From: a virus | Lineage: Duplodnaviria; Caudoviricetes | Virus record (IMG/VR): IMGVR_UViG_3300022741_000072 | Coordinates: 1-49,774 of that record | DNA: 49,774 nucleotides | Direction: 5' to 3' (one strand) | Shown here: piece after piece, positions 25,850-35,312 of the stretch | Numbering within the stretch: the first letter of the stretch is position 1 | How the letters are laid out: the number at the start of each line of letters is the position of its first letter | Notes under the pieces: generated by a model | Seen by the model: the letters and a program-made list of their open reading frames with translations, nothing else | Database searches by the model: none | What the model was told of the DNA's origin: nothing | Translations under genes and position numbers: made by a program

Positions 25850-26842
25850 ATGCATCTCGATATTTTCAACGATGACGCTTTCAGCGTCGCAAGCCTGACC
25901 GCCGCCATCAACGACCAGCCGTTCGTACCTGGCCGCATTGGTGCGCTGGGTCTGTACAGCGAAGAAGGTGTGACCACCACCAGCGTCACCATCGAATTCA
26001 ACCAGGGCAAGATCACCCTGGTGCCGGTTGGTGAGCGCGGTAAGCCTGTCAGCCCGCAGGCGCGCGATGCCCGCAAGCTGCGTTCCTTCGTCGTGCCTCA
26101 CCTCAAGCGCGACGACAGCCTGATGGCTGACTCCATCCAGAACCTTCGGGCCTTTGGCACCGAAAGCGAAGTGGAAACGGCGCAAGCCGTGGTCAACCAG
26201 CGCCTGGCGCGCATGAACCGCGATCTGGATGCCACCATCGAGTTCCATCGCGTGGGCGGTATCAAGGGCAAGATCCTGGATGCCGACGGTACATCGGTCA
26301 TCTACGACCTGTACCAAGAGTTCGGCATCACCCAGAAGGTCGTCAGTCTGGGGTTGGCCAACGCCAATACCAACGTGCGCAATAAGATCCTCGAGGCAGT
26401 GCGTACTGCAGAAGAAGAGCTGGGCGCCGCGATGGTCAGTGGCTACCGCATTTTCTACGGCCGTACCCTGTTCGACGAGCTCACTGGCCATGCCAAGGTC
26501 GAGAAGGCCTGGGAGCGCTGGAACGAGGGCGAAATGCTGCGCAATGACCCGCGCGGCGGCTTCCAGTTTGGTGGGGCCTTCCATGAAGAGTACCGCGGCA
26601 AGGTCGGTACCCAGGCATTCATCGAGGATGATGCTGCCTACCTGGTGCCGGAAGGCGTTGCCGATCTGTTCATCACCCGCTTCGCTCCGGCGGACTACAT
26701 GGAAACGGCCAACACCCTCGGCCTGCCCAAGTACGCCAAGCAAGAAGCCATGCGCATGAACCGCGGCATCGAGCTGGAAGCTCAGTCCAACCCGCTGAAC
26801 CTCTGCACCCGCCCGGGCGCGATCATCAAGCTGACCCGCTGA
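25850..26842 (+). CDS. Major capsid protein (lambda gpE family)
   Basis: DAFSVASLTAAIN, IQNLRAFG, FAPADYMETANTLG, QSNPL. Confidence 0.92.
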   Translation: MHLDIFNDDAFSVASLTAAINDQPFVPGRIGALGLYSEEGVTTTSVTIEFNQGKITLVPVGERGKPVSPQARDARKLRSFVVPHLKRDDSLMADSIQNLRAFGTESEVETAQAVVNQRLARMNRDLDATIEFHRVGGIKGKILDADGTSVIYDLYQEFGITQKVVSLGLANANTNVRNKILEAVRTAEEELGAAMVSGYRIFYGRTLFDELTGHAKVEKAWERWNEGEMLRNDPRGGFQFGGAFHEEYRGKVGTQAFIEDDAAYLVPEGVADLFITRFAPADYMETANTLGLPKYAKQEAMRMNRGIELEAQSNPLNLCTRPGAIIKLTR

Positions 26843-27174
26843 TGAGCCGCCAGCAGCTCAAAGCCCGCGCCGCCCGCGCGATATTCCAGCGCATGCACGA
26901 GGCGGATTGCCGTGGCGATCCCCTGTGCGGCAGCTACCAGGAGGCCGGGCGCGCGCCGGTTACCGGGTTGCAGCTGATCGTGCTGCAGGATGTCGAGCGG
27001 GTTGGCGAGGACGGCGCACTGCTGGTCGACAAGGTGCAGATCAGCGCCATGGCTGCCGATCTACCACGCCTGCGGCGGGACGGCCTCTTCATCGTTGGCC
27101 AGCAGCGGTACCGGGTGACCGTACCGCTGCGCAACGATGGCGTAGTCGTCACCGCCGTGGTGGTGGATGCATGA
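26842..27174 (+). CDS. Head-tail joining protein (FII-like)
   Basis: Position and size. Confidence 0.55.
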   Translation: MSRQQLKARAARAIFQRMHEADCRGDPLCGSYQEAGRAPVTGLQLIVLQDVERVGEDGALLVDKVQISAMAADLPRLRRDGLFIVGQQRYRVTVPLRNDGVVVTAVVVDA

Positions 27175-27788
27175 GCGGGCTGAAGCTGTCCCTCAAGGGC
27201 GGCAAGCAGATGGCTGAGCGCCTGGGGGCTATGCCCGACAAGGCCAAATCAGTCGTTGTCATGGCGCTGAACGATACGGTGGAGACCTTGCGGGCTCATT
27301 TCCTGCGGGAGATCGGCAGCGAGGTCAACATCAAGCGCAATCTGCTCCGTGAGCGTGTGCGCATTACGCGGGCCACTCGCGGGCGAATGGTCGCCAGGCT
27401 CTGGGCGGAAAAGCGCGGCCTTGTGCTGAGTCATTTCCCCCACAAACAACTGTGGACGAAGGGCAAGAAAGGCAAGCGCCGTCCGGCCGGTGTGCGCGTG
27501 AACGTAGGTGGCTCGGCAAAGGTGCTCCCTGGCGCCTTCATCGTGGCAACTGCAGGGTCGGGCAGCACCAATGGCCTGATCTTCGTCCGCTATGGCCCCA
27601 AGCGCTCCAAGGAAGAGAGGGCCGGAAATGGCCCGTGGGGTTACGACATGCTGCAGCAGCGCATTCGTGCGCTGTATGGGCCGTCGCCGTCGCAGATCCT
27701 TGAAACCCGCAAACCGGATATGACTGCAGAAGGTAACCAGCTCCTGCGGCAGAACGTAGTTCGCCAGCTCGAAAGGGCCAAGCTATGA
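27171..27788 (+). CDS. Minor tail protein Z-like
   Basis: Basic protein, ALNDT...PGAFI...LYGPSPSQ; ATG at 27171. Confidence 0.7.
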   Translation: MSGLKLSLKGGKQMAERLGAMPDKAKSVVVMALNDTVETLRAHFLREIGSEVNIKRNLLRERVRITRATRGRMVARLWAEKRGLVLSHFPHKQLWTKGKKGKRRPAGVRVNVGGSAKVLPGAFIVATAGSGSTNGLIFVRYGPKRSKEERAGNGPWGYDMLQQRIRALYGPSPSQILETRKPDMTAEGNQLLRQNVVRQLERAKL

Positions 27789-28264
27789 CCAACCCGCTGA
27801 ACGCCGCTGATCAGTCCTTGATAGATCAGCTGGGCACCATCTTGCCCGCCAACGGCTACTTCACCGACATCGGAACACGCATCCATGAGAAGTGGATCGG
27901 GGCTCTGCTGGCGGATGAGGACTTGGTTTACCCATGCCTCACTGTACAGCCAGATGAAACGCCGCCACCTCTCAAGGGCGCGGACTGCTGGAAATTCGCT
28001 ATCGGTCGCAAGGTGTTGGCGTTGGTGAAGCCAAACCACCCTGACGGCAGCCTGCAAGAGCTGAACGACGTGCTGGCCGACCTTGCGCGCTGCCTGCACG
28101 TGCCTGATGGCACCCCAAACCCATGGGGCAGACCCGGGCCGCTCAGCGTTTTCGTGAAAACAATCAATCAATTCCTGCCGGACAACGAAATCCCGGTGGG
28201 CACTGTTTCTGTACCCGTGCTGATGCACGTCATCCTCCCAGGAGAGCAAAACCATGGCCGCTAA
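27785..28264 (+). CDS. Putative tail terminator
   Basis: I.PANGYFTDIG motif; position before the tail tube. Confidence 0.6.
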   Translation: MTNPLNAADQSLIDQLGTILPANGYFTDIGTRIHEKWIGALLADEDLVYPCLTVQPDETPPPLKGADCWKFAIGRKVLALVKPNHPDGSLQELNDVLADLARCLHVPDGTPNPWGRPGPLSVFVKTINQFLPDNEIPVGTVSVPVLMHVILPGEQNHGR

Positions 28265-28451
28265 ATCCAAAGCAAGTGCCGATGAAGAACCGACCAAGGA
28301 ATTGGTTGAGGTGACCCTCAGCAAGGAACACACCCACAAACGCCAGCGACTCACTGCCGGCGACAAGATTCAGGTCACGCCCAAGCAGAAAGAGTGGCTG
28401 GAAGGCCAGGGTAAAGTCGGCGCGCCGAAAGAGGAGGTGAGCAATGTCTGA
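28254..28451 (+). CDS. Small hypothetical virion-associated protein
   Basis: GGAG RBS; VTL.KEHTH...AGDKI.V pattern. Confidence 0.55.
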   Translation: MAAKSKASADEEPTKELVEVTLSKEHTHKRQRLTAGDKIQVTPKQKEWLEGQGKVGAPKEEVSNV

Positions 28452-29187
28452 TTTGCGCGGTGCCTTCCTTGGCGTTGGCAAACTGTATCTGGAAGATCTG
28501 GATGACCCGAAGGGGCTGATCTTCATCGGCAACGTCAGCTCCCTGACCTATGAGGCGACCCCTCAGGAGATCGAGGAGCAGGACTACACCACCCCTGGTG
28601 GCGGCCTGGATGCCTCGGTGCAGCGCATCAGCTCGTTGAATGTTAACTACAACGCTCGCCACTTCAAAAAGGACAACATGGCCCGTGCGCTGTACGGCAG
28701 CAGTGAGGATGTTGCCGCCGGCACCGCCACTGGCGAAGAGCACAAGGCTTACCCCGGCGCTCTGCTGCTACTCGGCAATCCGGGCGCTACCAATGTGGTT
28801 GTCACGCCATCCTCTGGTGGCACCCCTTTGGTGCTGGACACCGACTACACCCTCGACCCAGCAGGCTTCCCGGTGATTACCGAAGATGGTGCGGTAACCG
28901 ACGCCGGTCTGGATGTGGAAGTGGACTACTCCTACGCCAAGCACGCCACCATCCAGGCGCTGGTGAAGTCGGGCAAGCGTTTCCGTCAGGTGTTCGTTGG
29001 CCTCAACGAGGCGCGTAGCGGCAAACCGGTGGTGATCGAGGTGTTCCGTGTGAACCACTCGCCTTCAACGCTGGGCTTCATCGGCGACGAGTTCCAGGGC
29101 ATGGAGTTCACCGCCAAGGTGGAGAAGGACGCCACCAAGGTCGGCACTGGCCTGTCGCAGTACATGGTGATCAAGGACGTGGAGTGA
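28444..29187 (+). CDS. Major tail tube protein
   Basis: FLGVGKLY...FIGNVSSL...GLNEARSGKPVVIEVFR; position. Confidence 0.75.
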   Translation: MSDLRGAFLGVGKLYLEDLDDPKGLIFIGNVSSLTYEATPQEIEEQDYTTPGGGLDASVQRISSLNVNYNARHFKKDNMARALYGSSEDVAAGTATGEEHKAYPGALLLLGNPGATNVVVTPSSGGTPLVLDTDYTLDPAGFPVITEDGAVTDAGLDVEVDYSYAKHATIQALVKSGKRFRQVFVGLNEARSGKPVVIEVFRVNHSPSTLGFIGDEFQGMEFTAKVEKDATKVGTGLSQYMVIKDVE

Positions 29188-29287
29188 TCCTGCCTGGCCA
29201 TGGATGGCCTTGTTGTCACATACGGTAGGGCTAGCAACAGGCGATTCAGTGCACCCACGATAGGTTGGTCTCAACTGGCCCAAAAGC

Positions 29288-29322
29288 AAAACCCCCGAAG
29301 CCGGCCAGCTTCGGGGGTTTTT
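29288..29322. terminator. Bidirectional terminator
   Basis: AAAACCCCCGAAGC-loop-GCTTCGGGGGTTTTT. Confidence 0.8.
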
Positions 29323-29357
29323 ATTTCCACCCCTTGAGAGAAGCAAGGAGCAGAACA

Positions 29358-29519
29358 TTGTTCAATTATAGACCCAAGCATCGGGTCAAGGTAGATGGGA
29401 AAATGCATCCAGAAGATGCGGGTATCGTTGGTAAGCGCCTCGCCAATGCTGCATTGATAGCCGCGACCGGGTTCAGCCTTGCCGCGATGATCGCTGCGCT
29501 TGGTGTGCTGCTCGGTTGA
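29358..29519 (+). CDS. Small membrane protein (moron)
   Basis: AAGGAG RBS + TTG start; C-terminal hydrophobic helix. Confidence 0.5.
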   Translation: MFNYRPKHRVKVDGKMHPEDAGIVGKRLANAALIAATGFSLAAMIAALGVLLG

Positions 29520-29778
29520 GTTGGACGAGAAACAGAAACTCGATCGCGCTTGTCGCGCACTTGAAAACGGCAGGAAGGCAGCCAGTGCGAATGGTCGAGC
29601 GCTCACGCTATGGAAATCTGCAAGTCGGCGCTGGGGGACGAGGTTGACCACTTGCGCCACCAGATACAGCCCACGCTTGGGTTGTAATGGGTTCTTGCTG
29701 GGCTTGGCGCTGGATGGATTATCAGTGCCTAAACAATGATCCTGGTGGTACATTGTAATCGTCCCATTAGGAGGTGCC

Positions 29779-30558
29779 ATGGCCGGCCCTACCCCCGAAC
29801 TCAAGTCGAATGAGCTGGGAAAACGCGTAAAAATGATCGCGTCCAGCTACGCCGATACTGGAATTCTCAACGAAATCGCGTGGCAGGGTGCCTTCAGGGA
29901 TTCGCTCGCGCTTGAGGGGACTCCGTCTGAGCCGGGAGCGCTCATCGCTCGCGGTGTTCTGCTTGGGCTGAAGCAAGACAATGAAGGCGTTGATCTATCT
30001 TTCGATAAGTACGCTACCCGCTACGGGATAGACTGGGGCTGGCATGCTTGTCGTGCCTCGTTAGCCTTATTCCTTGGTCGCCCTGAGTTCGTTGTGGACT
30101 TGATCGAATTTGGAGTGCCTGAGGGAGATATAGATGCCTGCTTAGGCGCATATAGCTACGCCAGCCAGGCTGGATTCATGATCTCGGCCAGCGAATACAT
30201 CGCCAAGCTCAGGGTAATGAAATCGGAAGTCTTCAATACACCACGTGCTGAGTTTATGGATGAGGTTGTAATCGCGTCCGAGTATCTCCGTACTCATGGC
30301 ATAAATGAGCGCGATCTGGCGGACAGGATCGCGGCCGGGTGGAAGGTTGCGTCTCGTGAGTCGAATGTGACAGTGCTTGGCAATGTCGATCTGAGCGCAA
30401 ACGAAGAGGGGATTTCGTTCAATTTCTGCTTGCGCGCCGATGTGGATAGGTGCCTCGCAATCCAGCAGTTGATGGATGAAGCACTGATCAACAATTTTGA
30501 CGATCCCATGTTTGAGCATTTGAGCGTGGGTGTTTTTCCTGCTGACATGGGACGTTGA
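29779..30558 (+). CDS. Hypothetical protein, partner of the HEPN gene (moron)
   Basis: AGGAGG RBS, lower GC, 1 nt from the next gene. Confidence 0.75.
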   Translation: MAGPTPELKSNELGKRVKMIASSYADTGILNEIAWQGAFRDSLALEGTPSEPGALIARGVLLGLKQDNEGVDLSFDKYATRYGIDWGWHACRASLALFLGRPEFVVDLIEFGVPEGDIDACLGAYSYASQAGFMISASEYIAKLRVMKSEVFNTPRAEFMDEVVIASEYLRTHGINERDLADRIAAGWKVASRESNVTVLGNVDLSANEEGISFNFCLRADVDRCLAIQQLMDEALINNFDDPMFEHLSVGVFPADMGR

Positions 30559-30559
30559 G

Positions 30560-30961
30560 ATGGCAGTAACCCCGGATGATTTCCTGGCGCTCAGCAAGGC
30601 GATCGATGGCAAGAGTAATTGCTCGGAGATTGAGCTAAGAAACGCTTACCGATGCGCTTACTACGCAGCTCATCACGCTGCGAAGCAGGCCCTGCCAAGA
30701 CTGGGTTTGGCTCTAGCCAAAGCTAGCAACGGTGGATCGCACGCAGATGTTGAGGTTTCACTTGCTGCAGCAGGAACCTACCAGTCCAAGAGACTGGTAG
30801 CGCAGTTGCAGCGCCTGAAGCGAGTCCGCGTGGATTGCGATTACCATCTCGATAAAAATATTAACGCTAATGTGCTTGCTGTGCGGATGGCTGAGGCTCA
30901 AAACGCCTTTGTGCATTTGATGTCGCTAGGCGTTCCTAATGCAGCGGCGCTCGCAGAGTAG
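30560..30961 (+). CDS. HEPN-domain protein
   Basis: R..YRCAYYAAHHAA...SH..V...L..LKRVRVDCDY pattern of HEPN domains. Confidence 0.75.
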   Translation: MAVTPDDFLALSKAIDGKSNCSEIELRNAYRCAYYAAHHAAKQALPRLGLALAKASNGGSHADVEVSLAAAGTYQSKRLVAQLQRLKRVRVDCDYHLDKNINANVLAVRMAEAQNAFVHLMSLGVPNAAALAE

Positions 30962-30981
30962 AAGCTCCATATCAGACACCT

Positions 30982-31015
30982 AACAAAAAGCCCCGCAAAT
31001 GCGGGGCTTTTTGTT
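30982..31015. terminator. Bidirectional terminator
   Basis: AACAAAAAGCCCCGC-AAAT-GCGGGGCTTTTTGTT. Confidence 0.85.
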
Positions 31016-31046
31016 GGGCGGTGCAAACGGCTGCACGGCTGCCGGG

Positions 31047-31373
31047 TTAACTCATGCCGTCCTGATCCAAGCGAGAGCGTTTCAGATGTTCGACCTGCCC
31101 ACGAATACGGCTAGGGAGGTCGTAGCTGATTTCAGCGTAAAGGCGATCCCCGCCGCCCGGGTACTTCAGGTGCCGCCTGGCGCTGTAGAAAATGCTGGCA
31201 AGCTCTCGCAGCTGACCAGCTTTCTCTGAGATATAGCCGTTGGTGCCGCGCATCTGATCACAGAGAAATTGCACTCTGCCCAGGGCTGCTGGGTTGGCTC
31301 CAACGTAATTGTTCCGCTTCAATACGCCTTCGAGTTCTTCGAGGGTCTTGAGTATGCGATCGAGGTCATCCAT
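31047..31373 (-). CDS. Hypothetical protein (moron)
   Basis: MDDLDRILKTLEEL..., ends at the bidirectional terminator. Confidence 0.55.
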   Translation of the reverse strand: MDDLDRILKTLEELEGVLKRNNYVGANPAALGRVQFLCDQMRGTNGYISEKAGQLRELASIFYSARRHLKYPGGGDRLYAEISYDLPSRIRGQVEHLKRSRLDQDGMS

Positions 31374-31575
31374 GCCTGTACCCTGCCACCTTCCGCCGGC
31401 TAGGGCGGAGATTGTTGAGTTGATCCATGTTCCCGCGCATCGCGGGGATGGCTCCGAGGCGAACCCGGAGCGCATCATCAACCTTTACTTCACCAAGGGT
31501 GGAGAGCTGGTCGCTTGTTACGACCCGCTTAACGGCCCGCTCGATGGTTTCCTAGCAGCGGACAAATCGGCCTAG
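31372..31575 (+). CDS. Small hypothetical phage protein
   Basis: HRGDGSEANPERIINLYFTKGGELVACYDP resembles a recurrent small phage family (from memory, unverified). Confidence 0.5.
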   Translation: MPVPCHLPPARAEIVELIHVPAHRGDGSEANPERIINLYFTKGGELVACYDPLNGPLDGFLAADKSA

Positions 31576-31579
31576 TAGA

Positions 31580-31831
31580 TCAACCCTTTGTTTGCGTCAT
31601 CACGACGAGTTCCCACTTGATGTCTTTTTCCTGACAGGGGTGCTGAGTTTTGTTTTGGGGTGGGAAAGGATCCCCTTTGTTGGACGTAACTTCATCGCCA
31701 CAGGCAATGCAGCGGTAAATGCCTGAAACAGGCACCTTGGCTGCTGGCCCGTACACGTGCGTCCAGTGCTCATTCTCAGGTTTGTTGGTCTGATTGACGT
31801 ATTTCTTGGTATCTGGTGCGTAAAGAGCCAT
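31580..31831 (-). CDS. Small zinc-ribbon protein (YjzC-like)
   Basis: VPVSGIYRCIACGDE...G.PFPP...W motif. Confidence 0.7.
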   Translation of the reverse strand: MALYAPDTKKYVNQTNKPENEHWTHVYGPAAKVPVSGIYRCIACGDEVTSNKGDPFPPQNKTQHPCQEKDIKWELVVMTQTKG

Positions 31832-31914
31832 TCCGTCGTTCTCTTGTTGGGTGGAGGCACTACGCTACTACCTGGCTTGAGCGCTCGGTAGCTGGTGATA
31901 CGTACAGGGAGGTC

Positions 31915-32055
31915 ATGATGGGATTCAACGGATGGTCGCGGTGGTTTGAGAGGCTGGCTAGCGGCGAGCGAAGGGCTCGTTTGCAACTGGTGGCTTGGGT
32001 GGTGGTCGTGGTGCTGCTGGGGTTGGTGTTGGTCGTTATTCCGCCGACAGATTGA
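31915..32055 (+). CDS. Small membrane protein
   Basis: GGAGG RBS; single hydrophobic helix. Confidence 0.45.
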   Translation: MMGFNGWSRWFERLASGERRARLQLVAWVVVVVLLGLVLVVIPPTD

Positions 32056-32250
32056 GGGGTATTGAGGAAATGATGAGGATCGCCCAGCGGGATATGGTTG
32101 CAGTGTTCGCCGCCGGCAGGCGGTCACAGTGCTCCACGGAGCCATTTTTCAGCATTGCCGGCCGCGACGAGCCGGCGCTGTTCATTGAGCTGTGGGGTGG
32201 CAAGCAGAAGGTCGGCTACGCAGAACTGCGAAAAGTAGGCGCCGAGATGC

Positions 32251-32742
32251 TCAGCCACCAGCGCCAGGCAGGTATGTACGAATTAGCGAGACTGCACCCG
32301 GCAGATTATCCAGACCCAAGTCCAGTAGTCGCGTTGTCAGGTGCTTTATGGCCTCGCCGGGAAGTTCTCGAACAGCTTGCAGCAGGGGACGCTTCTCTTC
32401 CTCTGGAAGGTCTGAACCTGCAATGCGGGCCTCGATCAACTGCTTGATGGTGTCTTCGTGGATCTTTACCGTGACCACTCCGAGGATCGCGCCGACACCG
32501 CCGTCATCGGCCAGGAAGTCCATGCCAGCGGCGGTGATGCGTTGCTGTCCTCCAATGCCCATTGGCTTGCCGCTGAACTTGGAGAATTTCGCGCTTACGA
32601 GATTGTGCTCGGTCAGGTAGAAGAGGTTGGCCACCCCGGCGGAATCTTCAATTCCAATATCACGTAGGACATTGAAAGTGGCTTCCGGATAAATGGCCGC
32701 CAGTGCTTTCAGTATCCGTAGCTGGATTTCCCTGTCGAGCAT
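32251..32742 (-). CDS. Hypothetical winged-helix-like protein (moron)
   Basis: MLDREIQLRILKAL...NLFYLTEHNLV...ITAAGMDFLADDGG; GAGG RBS. Confidence 0.7.
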   Translation of the reverse strand: MLDREIQLRILKALAAIYPEATFNVLRDIGIEDSAGVANLFYLTEHNLVSAKFSKFSGKPMGIGGQQRITAAGMDFLADDGGVGAILGVVTVKIHEDTIKQLIEARIAGSDLPEEEKRPLLQAVRELPGEAIKHLTTRLLDLGLDNLPGAVSLIRTYLPGAGG

Positions 32743-32769
32743 GACCGTTCCTCGTCTGGGTGGCTATTT

Positions 32770-33132
32770 CTAAGCGCGCTTCTGGAACTGCTCGATCATG
32801 TATTCGATGCGTGACTCGATTTTGTCGAGCCGAGCGTCGGTACTGGAGAGTTGATCGCGCAGTTCGCGGGCGTGAACCTCAAGGTTCATTTGGTGCAGAT
32901 CATCGACTGCCTCCGAGCGCTCATGGGCTAGATCAAGCAGCATTTCACCCACCTCATGCAGAGGGGTGGTGGCACCCATATGCTTCAGCATTTGTTCGAT
33001 GCTGATAGTCGCCTCAATGCGAGAAATGATCTCTGCATTAAGGGATCGGCGGTTTTCTTTGGCCGCTTGGTCAATCTTGGTACGTATCTCTGGCGGCATG
33101 CGCAACGCAAAAGGGGTGATGTCTCGGCTCAT
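32770..33132 (-). CDS. Arc/Mnt-family ribbon-helix-helix regulator
   Basis: FALRMPPEIRTKIDQAAKENRRSLNAEIISRIE. Confidence 0.85.
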   Translation of the reverse strand: MSRDITPFALRMPPEIRTKIDQAAKENRRSLNAEIISRIEATISIEQMLKHMGATTPLHEVGEMLLDLAHERSEAVDDLHQMNLEVHARELRDQLSSTDARLDKIESRIEYMIEQFQKRA

Positions 33133-33235
33133 CGCAGGTACTCATAAAATAGTGAGTCACCATAGCTGCACGGCTTGTTGACAGCAATGAGTCACCGTGG
33201 ATATAGTTTCACCGTGACTCACATTGGAGGTTCCC

Positions 33236-33406
33236 GTGAAGAAACGCGACATCACGCCATTCGGCTTGCGACTAGATCCAGAGAAGAAGGACAGAGTGAA
33301 GTCTGAGGCGCAGGCGCATAGGCACAGCATGAACACTGAGATTGATATGCTGATTGAGGACGGATTCAGATGGCGAGAGACGCAGCGGAAGCAGGCGAAC
33401 GCCTGA
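33236..33406 (+). CDS. Arc-family ribbon-helix-helix regulator
   Basis: FGLRLDPEKKDRVKSEAQAHRHSMNTEI; GGAGG RBS + GTG. Confidence 0.8.
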   Translation: MKKRDITPFGLRLDPEKKDRVKSEAQAHRHSMNTEIDMLIEDGFRWRETQRKQANA

Positions 33407-33474
33407 AAAGAAGAAGCCCCGGCGTGCAGGCCAGGGCTTCGGATAACGTCGAAACTGTCGAGGTAAACAACGTC

Positions 33475-34362
33475 ATGAGTAATGCTACCGCAATTCCGAA
33501 AGAAAACAATGCCAGGCCTGCCACTGTGGATTTCCATGGACAGCCCCTTACGGTTATCACGGCAGGTGATCAGCGCCTGGTTGCAATGAAGTCAATCTGT
33601 GATGGGATTGGGCTGGATTGGGCGGCGCAGTTCACCAGAATCAAGCGGGACGAGGTTTTGCATTCAACCATTGTCGTCACGACAACGGTTGCTCAGGACG
33701 GCAAAAGACGAGAGACGGTGTGCCTTCCATTGGAGTACCTCAACGGCTGGCTTTTTGGTGTCGAAGTGAGCCGGTGCCGTGAGGAGATACGCCCGACGCT
33801 GATCAGGTACAAGCGCGAGTGTTACGCTGCCCTCGCTGCGTACTGGAACGATGGAATGGCGGTTCGCACACATGACCGCGATACCGCGACCGTAATTGAC
33901 GAACTGATCGGCATGACCGAGGTGAATGTCATCAGGGGCCTGATACGCGACAAGGCGAAGGTGATCCCAATTGATCGCCGCCGCGGATTTCAGTTGGCGA
34001 TGCACAATCGCCTGCACACCCGCTTCAACGTGCCAAGAGTCGAGCTGATACCAGCGCAGCAATTCGATGCGGCCTGCAACTTCGTCGCCGCCTATGCCCT
34101 TGAGGGGGAATGGCTGCCAAAACGAGAGGTGCTTACTTCTCGCGAGATATGCGACTGGTCGAACATCAATTTCATGATCGCTTGCATCGAGTACTGCCAG
34201 GAACGGTGGGAGCACTATCACCTGTACACCCACCTGAGCGGCTTGGGCTGCAAAGGTGGCTCCGAGATTGCCAGCATGCTGTGGGATGGCCTGGGTTCAG
34301 CCCGGCACGTAAAGAAGCACTGCGCGGAACAGCTCGCGCTGCTGGACGCCCGGCTCCGCTGA
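33475..34362 (+). CDS. ant: Antirepressor (P22 Ant N-terminal domain)
   Basis: VDFHGQPL...VAMKSICDGIGLDWAAQFTRIKRDEVL...CLPLEYLNGWLFGV. Confidence 0.88.
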   Translation: MSNATAIPKENNARPATVDFHGQPLTVITAGDQRLVAMKSICDGIGLDWAAQFTRIKRDEVLHSTIVVTTTVAQDGKRRETVCLPLEYLNGWLFGVEVSRCREEIRPTLIRYKRECYAALAAYWNDGMAVRTHDRDTATVIDELIGMTEVNVIRGLIRDKAKVIPIDRRRGFQLAMHNRLHTRFNVPRVELIPAQQFDAACNFVAAYALEGEWLPKREVLTSREICDWSNINFMIACIEYCQERWEHYHLYTHLSGLGCKGGSEIASMLWDGLGSARHVKKHCAEQLALLDARLR

Positions 34363-34384
34363 CACACTGAATGCGATTCACAAT

Positions 34385-34408
34385 GAAACCCGGCCTACGC
34401 CGGGTTTC
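34385..34408. terminator. Terminator hairpin
   Basis: GAAACCCGGC-CTAC-GCCGGGTTTC. Confidence 0.65.
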
Positions 34409-34463
34409 GGTGCTGGCGTTGATCGGCTAGAGTCCCTTCCATATTCATAGGGAGGGAAACCTG

Positions 34464-35294
34464 ATGCAGTGTCCAGCATGCGAGCATGAGGCGCCGGCGG
34501 CGTCGTTCGGTGATCCACTGCGATGCCCTGAATGTGGGGCGTTTTATGAAAAGGCCGTACAGCTCAAGGCGAAGAGGGATGCAATGGCCGTGACGACCGC
34601 ACCCAAGGTGAAGCCTGCGCTAAACCATGGTGGGGTTGCACCAACCAATATAGGTACCCCTGAAGCAATCAAGGCTTCGAATAGATTCTGGGGGCGTGTG
34701 TTTGCTGTTTTTGGATTGATAGTTGTGTCTTTGACTATCTACAAGAATTTCTTAGAGCCCGCAGGGGTTAAGCTGCCTGTGCCAGCCAAAGAGCCTTATC
34801 TGGCGCCGATTGGGGAAGGTGCAATACCTGCGCGAATTGGTTGTGATGAAGGGTGTGACAGGCTCAACTTATTTGAGCGGTGGCAGCCGTATTTACATAA
34901 AGTTGTGGAAGTTCATCGCAGGCAAGAGAAGTGTCGAAAGGTTGAGTATGTCAGTGTCTCGAATGAGAGCTCACCAGATGATCCTGTATTCTTTGTTATG
35001 TGTGAGGACGCTAAAGGGAGAGCCTACAATACTGAGTATAAGAGGTCTGACGTTGAGGCAGGCCTTGTTGCTCGAGGCGATGATGTGAGCCAGCGCTATG
35101 CGCTCAGTGCTTGTGAAAAAGAGCTGCCTAGGTACTTCTCAGGCTACTTCAAAGGCGCCGTAACAAAGACTGGATTCTATGTTGCTCCGAATGGCCGCGC
35201 GCAGGTTTTTTATGATCTTGTGATCGCAGGCCAGCCCAGATCAGGAAGGTGCCTGGTGGGGCATGACTTTGTTGAGTTCACCGTGGTGAACTGA
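34464..35294 (+). CDS. Zinc-ribbon + single TM + Cys-rich exported domain (moron)
   Basis: CPAC/CPEC N-terminus, TM VFAVFGLIVVSLTIY, low GC. Confidence 0.75.
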   Translation: MQCPACEHEAPAASFGDPLRCPECGAFYEKAVQLKAKRDAMAVTTAPKVKPALNHGGVAPTNIGTPEAIKASNRFWGRVFAVFGLIVVSLTIYKNFLEPAGVKLPVPAKEPYLAPIGEGAIPARIGCDEGCDRLNLFERWQPYLHKVVEVHRRQEKCRKVEYVSVSNESSPDDPVFFVMCEDAKGRAYNTEYKRSDVEAGLVARGDDVSQRYALSACEKELPRYFSGYFKGAVTKTGFYVAPNGRAQVFYDLVIAGQPRSGRCLVGHDFVEFTVVN

Positions 35295-35312
35295 CTTTTT
35301 CATAATTCCTAG

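Noticed and set aside
24064-26743. Long antisense ORFs over the head genes (and similar ones over TMP, tail and the host oxidoreductase)
   Set aside because: Shadow ORFs caused by high-GC codon bias opposite well-supported genes.
31995-32447. Plus-strand ORF (MMRIAQRD...) overlapping 32251-32742 convergently
   Set aside because: It has a possible RBS but overlaps a better-supported gene by ~200 nt and shows no motif; may be a truncated remnant, so not called.
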